The notes below the pieces were generated by a model that made no database searches, had not been told where the DNA came from, and was given only the letters and a program-made list of their open reading frames with translations. This document shows, one piece after another, positions 1-8,758 of a stretch of DNA of 64,000 bases. A program made the position numbers and the translations under genes. Each line of letters opens with the position of its first letter. Position 1 is the stretch's first letter. Where the stretch lies: NCBI GenBank assembly GCA_020184695.1, contig JAANOX010000011.1, positions 372,001 to 436,000 on the forward strand. The letters run 5' to 3'. The stretch is from Histomonas meleagridis 2922-C6/04-290x. Its lineage: Eukaryota > Protista > Parabasalia.

Positions 1-2
1 CA

Positions 3-2553
3 ATTGAACCATCACTTTATGAAAGGTGTGATTTTGTTAATGATTTGGATGTTAAATTAATTGATTATGCAGCATTCTTCGGATCTATTAAATGTTTTAA
101 ATACTTACTTATGAATGGTGCAAAATTAGATAATGCATTTAAATACGCAGTTGCAGGTGGAAATATAGAGATCATTCATTTATGTGAACAAAATCATTCA
201 TCATTTGAAGATGATGCATATGATACAGCAATTAGATTCCATCGAAATGATGTGCTGAAATATATTTATGAAAATAAAATTGTTGAAATCAATGATTTGG
301 AAGAATTAGGAAAGTTGTGTATACCATATCATAATTATGAATTTTTTTCATTTTTGAAAGGAAAAAGTTTGAAAATTAATAATAATATTATAATTGAAGC
401 AGCAAAAACAGGTAACATTTTTCTTGTTAAATATTTTTTAAGAGAAAATCGAATACCTAAAGATATTTTGGCTTATTCTACAGAATCAGGTAATATTGAA
501 CTTGTTAAATATATTTTAGAACAAAAAGGAATTGATATTAATATTGGAGATATTATTTTGTTTTATATGAAATTTGTTTTGATAATTTTGGATTTCATAA
601 TAATATTTGGGAATTATTTTAAATATTTGAATCAGCACTTATAAAAGCATCTGAAAATGGTTACACAGATATAGTGAAATTACTTCTTGAACAAGAAGGA
701 ATTAACATTAATACTAAAAATTTTTGTAATTTCTTTGTTTTGTTAAATTCAATCATTTGATATTTTAATATAATATTTGAAATACAATTAAATTATTTAG
801 TACATCACTGATTTTAGCATCTGAAAAAGGTCACATCAAAATAGTAAAACTGCTTCTTGAACAAAAGGGAATTGATATAAATGATAAAAATATTAATTTA
901 TTTTAAGTAATAATTTTAATAAAATTTTTATATTTATATTTTTAATTTGAAGTTTATAAGAATTATATGCAAATGCATTAATGAAGGCAACTGAAAATAA
1001 CCACACAGAAATAGTTCGATTACTTCTTGAACAAAAAAGAATTGATATAAATGCTAAAGATGTTCATTTATTAGATTAAATATTTATTTCCGTAATATGA
1101 TATTAATGAATAACATTTGGAAATCATTTTAATTATTTAAAACAGCACTTCTGTATGCAGCTTATAATGGGAACGTAGATATAGTAAAATTACTTCTTAA
1201 ACAAGTTAGTGTTGATATTTGTGTGAAAGATATTTATTTATTTTATTTAATATTTTTTTACGTAATTTGATATTAATGAATCATATTTGGAAATTATTTG
1301 AAATATTTAGAACAGCGCTTATGTATGCATCTGATAATGGTAATCCTAATTTATTTAAATTACTTCTTAAACTAAATATTTTTGATATTAATGCTAAAGA
1401 TATTTATTTGTTTTATTTAATATTTATTTTAATAATTTTTTATTTCAAAATAATATTTGGAAATTATTTTAATTATTTCAAACAGCACTTATGATTGCAT
1501 CCGAAAATAATCAAAAGGAAATAGTTCACTTACTTCTAGAACAAAAAGGAATTAATATTAATATTGTGAATATTTATTTATTTCACTCGTTAATTCAAAT
1601 TATAAAAATATATTTCAAATGAATATATGAAAATTATTTTAATTATTTAGAACAGCCTTACTGATTGCAGACGAAAAACATAACACCGAAATTGAAAATT
1701 TAATAAAACAAAACAAGGCTGAAAATAAAAAAGATGATTGTTTAAATAATTTTGGATCTCAAAATAAGATTTGGAATTTATCTAAAATGTAGGAGACTGT
1801 ACTTATATGGGCATCTTCGAAAGGTTATACAGAAATTGTTAAAGTTCTTATTGAAAAAGAAAAAATAAACATCAATTTCAAAGATATTTATGTAACTCAA
1901 ATAAAGTGTATTCCTGGATATTAATGTTTCAAAATAATATTTGGAAATGCTTTAATTAATTTAAGGCAGCACTTATGATTGCATCTGAAAAAGGTTTCGT
2001 TGAAATAGTTCAATTACTTCTCGAACAAAAAGATATTGATGTTAATGTAAAAGGTGTTTTTTTATTTTACTTGATATTAATTTCAACAAAAACATGTTTA
2101 AGAATAATATTTGGAATTTTTATATAATATTTGAGACATCTCTTATGAGCGCGGTTGAAAACAATCATATTGAAATTGTCAAATTAATTCTAGCATCTAA
2201 TGGAATTGATATTAATGCAAAAGATCTTTATATATTGTGTTCAATATTTATTTTGTTAATATTATGTTTCGATAATATTTTTGGAAATTATGCAAATATT
2301 TTGATACAGCACTTATAAAAGCAGCTGAAAATGGTTTTACTGAAATTGTTAAATTACTACTTGAACAAAAAGCGATTAATGTTAATATCAAAAATATATA
2401 ATTATTTTATTAAAAGTTTTTCCTTGCAATTGTTTGTTTCAACTTAATATTTAAATTTTATTCAAATTTCTTCGGACAGCACTTAACAATGCAATATTTT
2501 ACCAACATATGGATATTGTAGAATTACTCACTAACATGACTAATCAACACTAA
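3..2553 (+). CDS. DUF3447-type ankyrin-repeat gene, 5' end outside window; ankyrin modules interrupted by 77-nt non-GT-AG spacers (interrupted gene or pseudogene)
   Basis: Frame open from position 3 (IEPSLYERC..LIDYAAFFGSIKCFKYLL..AVAGGNIEIIHLCEQ). It is followed by 12 further ankyrin modules starting at 632, 802, 972, 1142, 1312, 1482, 1652, 1796, 1966, 2136, 2306 and 2476 (e.g. TALMIASENNQKEIVHLLLEQKGININIVNI). The last module ends TAA at 2551-2553. Modules are stop-free; spacers break the frame. Confidence 0.75.
462..2553 (+). repeat. 170-nt periodic array: 93-nt ankyrin-coding module + 77-nt AT-rich spacer
   Basis: Counted by hand: spacers 555-631, 725-801, 895-971, 1065-1141, 1235-1311, 1405-1481, 1575-1651, 1889-1965, 2059-2135, 2229-2305 and 2399-2475 are each 77 nt. 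Only the unit at 1652-1795 is irregular (144 nt). Confidence 0.95.
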
Positions 2554-2872
2554 GTAAAAATGGTTTTCAACATTGTTTGAGAATTTTATATATATATATT
2601 TCATTATTTTCAAAATGTTGGCAATATGTTTAATTTCCCATAAGAAAACTCAGTACTAAACATTTTCCTCTTCGAGTACTCTAAAAATTCTAAAGATTTT
2701 CAATGTTGCTGAATACCCTTTTAATAAAATTACAAAAACGAATTGTAAAATAAATTTCGTTCCATTTGAACAAAGTTTTTACACAACAACCCAAAAAATA
2801 AAATAAATCACAAAGAATTCGATTTTTTACTTCATTTCCTTTTGGTGTTGATAGAAAACAACAGATACGTTT

Positions 2873-4603
2873 TTACTTGTTATATGCTCTTCGAATATCA
2901 TTTAACTTTTCTTGTATTTGTTCCGGTGATAATGTTGGCGGACGATTTATAACTTTCTGTATCTGTGGAATCGGCCAATAATTATATGGCTTATTTTGGA
3001 ACCTATATAATACCAATGTCTTCTTAGATACACTCCACCGTTTTTGCCAGTTTATCAAACCGCCGATGAACGATGGGGACTTATCGGCGACGTCGACCGT
3101 TAACTCCACTCTCAAATTTGGTATCGTCGAGGCCCACCCCTCAAACCGCTCGTTTATGGCTTTGATGTATTCATTCTGTGTCCTAAAGTAATCGCCACTT
3201 CTTTCATAAAGTCTTTTGAGCATTTCTCTCTGCGTTTGTTGTTGCCAGACTGGTAGATATCGAAGTTCTTCACGATTCAATGCCATGACAATTCTTGCAA
3301 GAGCATCAAAGTTACCTAATTGTTCAAGGTTAGATGCGATTTCTAACAATTGACTGATTACAGCTGTTTTGTCGTTGGCCATAACGATGCATTCAAGTGC
3401 ATTTAATGTCAAACGTTCACCAAAATCAAAGAATTCAGCAAGTGTTGGGGTCTGATGTGAAACCCTTTGGTTACTGAGTGCAACCATAAACTCACGAGAG
3501 TGTACTGCTTTGAAAGATGTATGAAATAGAAGTGTGATTTGTCGAGCAACTTCAATTGGGTTCGGATCAATAAGCCGAAGGTTCGGACGGAAGATAATTT
3601 GTGGATCTGGGATTTCAGGATTTTGTGTTGGATCAGGTAATACACCAGATTTTTGACCATATGTTAATTGTGGAAGAGATGTAAGAATTGACTTTGCGTA
3701 GATAGCGACGTTTTGATATTCACTTTGGTTATCTACGATTTGACGAATAAATTGTCCAATAGATTTAATTGTTTTACGTCCAATGAATAGACCGTGGAAG
3801 TTAGTCCACTTCTTAATGAGATTGATAACATTTATTCGAAGCTGTGATTGCATATTGAGAATCTTTTGATGAGACTCTTCGTCATCCGTTTGCAGAAGGT
3901 GGCAGTTAAAAAGTGCCATCAAATGCTCGAGGAAGTGGTAAGATGAAGTGATCGAGTGAAGTGTCAGAAAGAACCGATGGATATCGTCATCAGAAAGTTG
4001 ATCTGATGATGTTGTTGCAAGGAAGACAATAAGACGCTTGAGAGAGGCTGCTTTGATTGTCTCGAGTTTAGTGTTTGTGGCATCATCAACAAGAACAAGG
4101 TTAAATGAGGGATCTAATAATTCTGTTGAAATTGACTCAACTGATTCTCGATAAGATGAGGCAAAAAAGTCTTCTTCAAGATACTCTTCAACAAGCTGAT
4201 GATGTGGATCTTCAGTAATTGTCCAAGGATCTTCACGTGGTAAAATACCAAGAGAAACAAGTAAAAGAAGATCAGTTTTCTCCCACGGCTGATCTGTTTT
4301 TTGATATTCATGTCCTGATTCTTTGATAAGTGTTTCAGCGGTTCGATTCATTCCAATCGCACAAAAATGTTGATATACTAACTCAAGAACTTTGTGTCTG
4401 TTGATATGCGAAAGGACCGTTGTTGTATCTGTATGAACTGCATTAGAAAATGAGTAACCACCAGTCCATGGAAGAACTCTTTCTCTTAATGCAAGTATTT
4501 GAGGATTCTCAGCTAGAAGCTTTGTCAGCCATTGGCTCCTTTGCTCTGTAAGGTCATCTGGTGTATTAGATGTTTCAGATGAGCTTGGTGCTTGGCTTGT
4601 CAT
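2873..4603 (-). CDS. RasGEF domain protein with N-terminal LisH-like motif and RasGEF_N/REM region
   Basis: 576-aa ORF: LisH-like LELVYQHFCAIGMNRTAETLIKES, REM-like IKAASLKRLIVFL and CDC25-like PIEVARQITLL..LEQLGNFDALARIVMAL. Confidence 0.85.
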   Translation of the reverse strand: MTSQAPSSSETSNTPDDLTEQRSQWLTKLLAENPQILALRERVLPWTGGYSFSNAVHTDTTTVLSHINRHKVLELVYQHFCAIGMNRTAETLIKESGHEYQKTDQPWEKTDLLLLVSLGILPREDPWTITEDPHHQLVEEYLEEDFFASSYRESVESISTELLDPSFNLVLVDDATNTKLETIKAASLKRLIVFLATTSSDQLSDDDIHRFFLTLHSITSSYHFLEHLMALFNCHLLQTDDEESHQKILNMQSQLRINVINLIKKWTNFHGLFIGRKTIKSIGQFIRQIVDNQSEYQNVAIYAKSILTSLPQLTYGQKSGVLPDPTQNPEIPDPQIIFRPNLRLIDPNPIEVARQITLLFHTSFKAVHSREFMVALSNQRVSHQTPTLAEFFDFGERLTLNALECIVMANDKTAVISQLLEIASNLEQLGNFDALARIVMALNREELRYLPVWQQQTQREMLKRLYERSGDYFRTQNEYIKAINERFEGWASTIPNLRVELTVDVADKSPSFIGGLINWQKRWSVSKKTLVLYRFQNKPYNYWPIPQIQKVINRPPTLSPEQIQEKLNDIRRAYNK

Positions 4604-4859
4604 TTGAGCAACCGCTTAAAATATTTCGAAAAGTGACATGCAAAATGGGGTTACTAATGATAGCAACAATTTCATAAGGAATCACAAATAAAAACATTAT
4701 TTCATGTAGTTTATCAAAGCGATACTAAAGCATATTAATCCACATAGCTTTCTTTGTTGATATATTTGTCTTATAAATTGCTCATTATTTTTTAATTTAA
4801 CTCAGTTTAAAAACTTTAGTCACTTAAGTTTATTGAAAAATCAGAAATATTACTATGTT

Positions 4860-5498
4860 TTAGTAAAACTGTTCATATGGTGATTGAAGAGTGGGTTGTG
4901 TTGTTGTTGGTGTAGGAGGGGAAGGATTTCTGGGGGTTTGTGGCATTATTTCTTTGTAGTCTTGTACTTCAGGGCCTCCAGGATTCTGGAAATAGTTGGT
5001 TATGTATATGTAATAAAAAATGAAAATGTGTGTAAGAACATAAAAAGGGAATACCGCAGCAATGTCAGAATGAGGCTTAAAGCATGCTCCTAATAATTTA
5101 CTGGGTGGAGATCTATAGAATTTGTACTTATCAGCAATATAAGTACAAATCTTTCCTGATGTTGCTGCTATACAAACAGCTTGACAAATAGTTGCACCTA
5201 CACCCACTATTCCTGTTAACCAAATCATAAACTTTTTGAAAATAATGCATTCTTTGCAACAAAAATAAAAGACCATTGTAAGAACTACAAGACCAAGCTC
5301 GACCAAACTGAAGATCATCAAGGATACAGCGTGATTATATAAATCCAATTGATAATAACTGTCAATATAAAAATAAGGATCACTTGAAACCCACATACAT
5401 GTTACAACAGTGCACCACAATACACTTACAAAGTAAATGAGAATAAGAAATATTGTGACCAATGTTGATCTCTTGAAAGTAAAAGAGAAATCTTCCAT
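4860..5498 (-). CDS. Multi-pass (about 4 TM) membrane protein, tetraspanin-like topology, Pro/Thr-rich C-tail
   Basis: Four hydrophobic segments and a Cys-containing loop. First ATG in the ORF is at 5498 (MEDFSF); the ORF track extends to 5600 through a non-ATG start. Confidence 0.65.
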   Translation of the reverse strand: MEDFSFTFKRSTLVTIFLILIYFVSVLWCTVVTCMWVSSDPYFYIDSYYQLDLYNHAVSLMIFSLVELGLVVLTMVFYFCCKECIIFKKFMIWLTGIVGVGATICQAVCIAATSGKICTYIADKYKFYRSPPSKLLGACFKPHSDIAAVFPFYVLTHIFIFYYIYITNYFQNPGGPEVQDYKEIMPQTPRNPSPPTPTTTQPTLQSPYEQFY

Positions 5499-5933
5499 GA
5501 TTATAGTTGGGAAAACCGTGCAATCAAAACGATAGACGAATTTCAAAGGGATCTGATCACCTCTCAAAATCGAACCGTTCCAAATGAAAAGTGTCACCAA
5601 ACGAACTTTTTATTCAATTGAAGTACATTTTCATTTTTCTATCAATGTTTTATTACTATAGCTATCTATTATTTAAATGATAGTTTTTTGGAAAATTTGC
5701 GTATAAATTTATTATTTTTTTTACCTTTAAAGTTGGCTGTTTGCATTTCTCTCACGAAATTTTATAAAAATTAGAATCGATGATTAAATTTGTTAATGAC
5801 TTTTTATATCATATTAATATCTGCATCAGCTTGTAACCTAAAATGAGTACACATTCGTTTTAAAGTTATAACTTTTCAAATTTTAAAACATTTTGCCAAA
5901 AAATAATATATTAAGAAAGAACATTTATACAAA

Positions 5934-7907
5934 CTATGTCGAGTTAATGAAGTTCAAGAAGTCATCATATTTCCCGAACGGGTCCTCTGTCGGCTGATTT
6001 AAATCCTTTTTCTCCTTTTTATCATCATTATTCTCGTCATCGAAGTAATTGTTATTTATATTTTCCTTTTGTATCACTTCGTTAATTTCATTACCTATTT
6101 CACTTGTTTCATCATCATCCACAACATCAGCATCATCAACATCATTTATATCTTCGTCATCTTTTTCGTTATTAACATTTTCTTTAACATCAGAGTCAGA
6201 ATCACTTAAATAATTTTGTTCATATAACGAAAACGAAGAAAATCGCAAATTATATTTCACTGTATCGTCAGGAATTAATTCCCAAAACATAACGCGGAAC
6301 CAATCGTATATAATTGTTGGGTTTCTTTTTATTGTCGTTATTTCGACTTGCTTCAAAAATGGAATTTGTGAATACTCTGCTAAAATCGGCGAAATCGCAT
6401 TATGTACTTCAAGTGATTTCTCTTTTGCTTCTGTCGTTTGCGTCAATGGCATTTCAGCGGCATTTATTATCTTAAGAAGTTTCTTTACGATTTCGCGCCA
6501 TGTTTCGACATTAGAATTCGAGATTTCTTCAAGGAGAATAAGTTCTTCGAATCCTTTAAGTAATAAGTTATGATTAGAAAATGTTTGGATTCGTGTTAGA
6601 TTAAAAATTGATATTAAAAGTTTTTCGATCGATGAATTAAATTCAGTTCGTTCAGAGATTTTCGACGAGAAATAAAAACGTAAAAAGTCATAAAGTCGAA
6701 CAGCAGAAAACTTGCTAATGTTTACAGTAGTGGAACTAATATTAGCTATGACAGTATTAATTAATGGTAATACTGGTGATGACATTTCTAAATCAATGTC
6801 AACAACATTAGTTAATATCTCGATAATTAAATCTCCAACAGTGTTAGATAAAATTCGCGTTTTAGTGGGGAAAATGATTTTAGTTTTCTCATTAAGAAAT
6901 AATAATGTCGACATTTTAGTCGTAAGAATACTTAACGAGGATAATATAATGGTATGTAAAAATGAAATTGTTCCTTTTTCGAGTTGATTTTGAAAATAAA
7001 ATAATAATGAGATGATAAATTGAATATTGGAATTTTGACTTTCGAAATAATCGGAAATTGTTGGGAAGTTGGAGATAATAACATAAAATAATGTAAGGAT
7101 TTGTTGGTCACATGTGATAACGGATGAATTGTGAGTTGAAATACTCAGAAAAAGTGAGTGCAAAAGTGACGGCTCAAGTGACTCAACTGCAGAATGCCAA
7201 TTGGGACATGAAAAAATGATTGGTGTGACCAAAGTAAGATGGGACTTAACAAGGGATATTTGTTGTGTCGTTGACTTTTTGTTGTTGAAAATATGTGGGA
7301 TAAAATTAAATAAAACAAATAAATATTCTTTCCCATTAAGTTGGTCAAAAGCTAACATGAAAGGGGAAGGATCTTCAGTTGTTTCTTTTTGGTTAAAGGA
7401 TGCTGAATGACATGCATAAAGAAGTGTATTCATAAATTGTATATTATCTAATGGATTCTTTGAAATTAGATCAATCGAATCTAAGTGGAAATTTAATAAA
7501 GAAAAAAGATTTTTCAAAAGTGTAAAAATTGGTTGATTTGATTTGAATTTTTTTGTAGATTTTTTAAACCATGGGCTGGAATCACTGTACCCTCCTGAAG
7601 ATGCTAGCAAAATTTGTAAAAATTTGCAAAATGGTGTAAATAATGAATATATTTCAGGGTTTGTATCGGATAATTGAATTGCTTTCGAAAAAGAATCGCC
7701 AAGAGTTGATATTAAATTTGAGAAATTGTTAGGATATCGAGTTCTAATTAATTTTAAATTTTTAATAACATTTTCTTCATTTTTTATTGCAATAAAGTTT
7801 TCTACTGATACCTTTTGCCATATTGGGTGCATTTGAACACATTCATCCTTGCTAAGAACATTTAATATTTCTTGAAGATTTTTAATCGCTGAGTTTATGT
7901 TGCCCAT
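5934..7907 (-). CDS. HID1/dymeclin-like helical protein with acidic tail
   Basis: Long helical ORF. MGNINS at 7907 is a possible myristoylation start (an alternative ATG lies at 7934). The segment GDLIIEIL..INTVIANISSTTVNISKFSAVRLYDFL resembles HID1/Ecm30 from memory. Confidence 0.55.
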   Translation of the reverse strand: MGNINSAIKNLQEILNVLSKDECVQMHPIWQKVSVENFIAIKNEENVIKNLKLIRTRYPNNFSNLISTLGDSFSKAIQLSDTNPEIYSLFTPFCKFLQILLASSGGYSDSSPWFKKSTKKFKSNQPIFTLLKNLFSLLNFHLDSIDLISKNPLDNIQFMNTLLYACHSASFNQKETTEDPSPFMLAFDQLNGKEYLFVLFNFIPHIFNNKKSTTQQISLVKSHLTLVTPIIFSCPNWHSAVESLEPSLLHSLFLSISTHNSSVITCDQQILTLFYVIISNFPTISDYFESQNSNIQFIISLLFYFQNQLEKGTISFLHTIILSSLSILTTKMSTLLFLNEKTKIIFPTKTRILSNTVGDLIIEILTNVVDIDLEMSSPVLPLINTVIANISSTTVNISKFSAVRLYDFLRFYFSSKISERTEFNSSIEKLLISIFNLTRIQTFSNHNLLLKGFEELILLEEISNSNVETWREIVKKLLKIINAAEMPLTQTTEAKEKSLEVHNAISPILAEYSQIPFLKQVEITTIKRNPTIIYDWFRVMFWELIPDDTVKYNLRFSSFSLYEQNYLSDSDSDVKENVNNEKDDEDINDVDDADVVDDDETSEIGNEINEVIQKENINNNYFDDENNDDKKEKKDLNQPTEDPFGKYDDFLNFINST

Positions 7908-7993
7908 TTTTGGTCGATGAACGATAGATGTCATATGACTTTGCTCAATTTTTTCTATGAGTATTTAGAAATATAGAAATAACGTACAAAAAA

Positions 7994-8461
7994 ATGAATA
8001 AAACAAAGTCCCCAGCAAATCAAACATTTTCGAATCTTAACAGAACAAAAAAAGGAAAGTTAGATTATATCTATGTTAATCCAAATGTTACTCAAAAAGG
8101 GCAACATGATTTAGCACAAAAATTACAGAAAGAAATTGAGCTTGAAGTGGAACTTGATAAATCATTTCGAAATAGACAAGCGCCTGTATATTCTAAGGAT
8201 AAAAACAACGATAGCATAAAAGAATTCAATCAATTTTGTATTGATTTTATTTTATTGAATTATTTTATTGATTCTTCAAAGGAAACTAAAGATAAAGTTA
8301 CCAACGTTTTAGATAGCATGGACACGCGAATGTCAGAAATGGAGTCCATTCAAAAACATTTCGAGGAAATTGAAAAACAATATTATCGATTTGAAATGGG
8401 TCTCCCTGAGCCAAAATGCGATACTTCACAAAACATTGATGGAGGCAGCGACAGAAAATAA
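7994..8461 (+). CDS. Hypothetical coiled-coil protein (155 aa)
   Basis: ATG-initiated ORF with normal composition, head-to-head with the HID1-like gene. Confidence 0.7.
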   Translation: MNKTKSPANQTFSNLNRTKKGKLDYIYVNPNVTQKGQHDLAQKLQKEIELEVELDKSFRNRQAPVYSKDKNNDSIKEFNQFCIDFILLNYFIDSSKETKDKVTNVLDSMDTRMSEMESIQKHFEEIEKQYYRFEMGLPEPKCDTSQNIDGGSDRK

Positions 8462-8758
8462 TATTGATGCATTCACATGATTTAATTTTTTGAATCTATA
8501 TAAAATAAAGGCTATATGTTATCAAAGAGTTTTTAAACTTCGTTGAAACCCAAAACTAAATAAATTTTAGAATCTGAATTCTAACTCTAGAGTTTTAACC
8601 TGTTTGCGCTTACACAGTTCACTTGTAGCACAAAATTATTGTGTAGTTTATATTTTGACACGCCCTGTCATTTGCCTTTATTTGTTTGAATTTGACGTTA
8701 CAGTTACTGAATTTGATATCAATTCAAAAAGTGCCTTTTTTGGTCTTGGGGTATTGAA

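Noticed and set aside
550-2477. Canonical GT-AG or U12 AT-AC introns as the explanation of the ankyrin spacers
   Set aside because: No invariant GT or AG. The AG of ACA-G is absent in several units. An AT (in GAT/AAT) to AC (in ACA) excision removes 84 nt and breaks the frame, and no ATATCCT or branch consensus is present.
462-2553. CRISPR-like interpretation of the repeat-spacer array
   Set aside because: The repeats are 93-nt protein-coding ankyrin modules, the spacers are homologous to each other, there are no cas genes and the context is eukaryotic.
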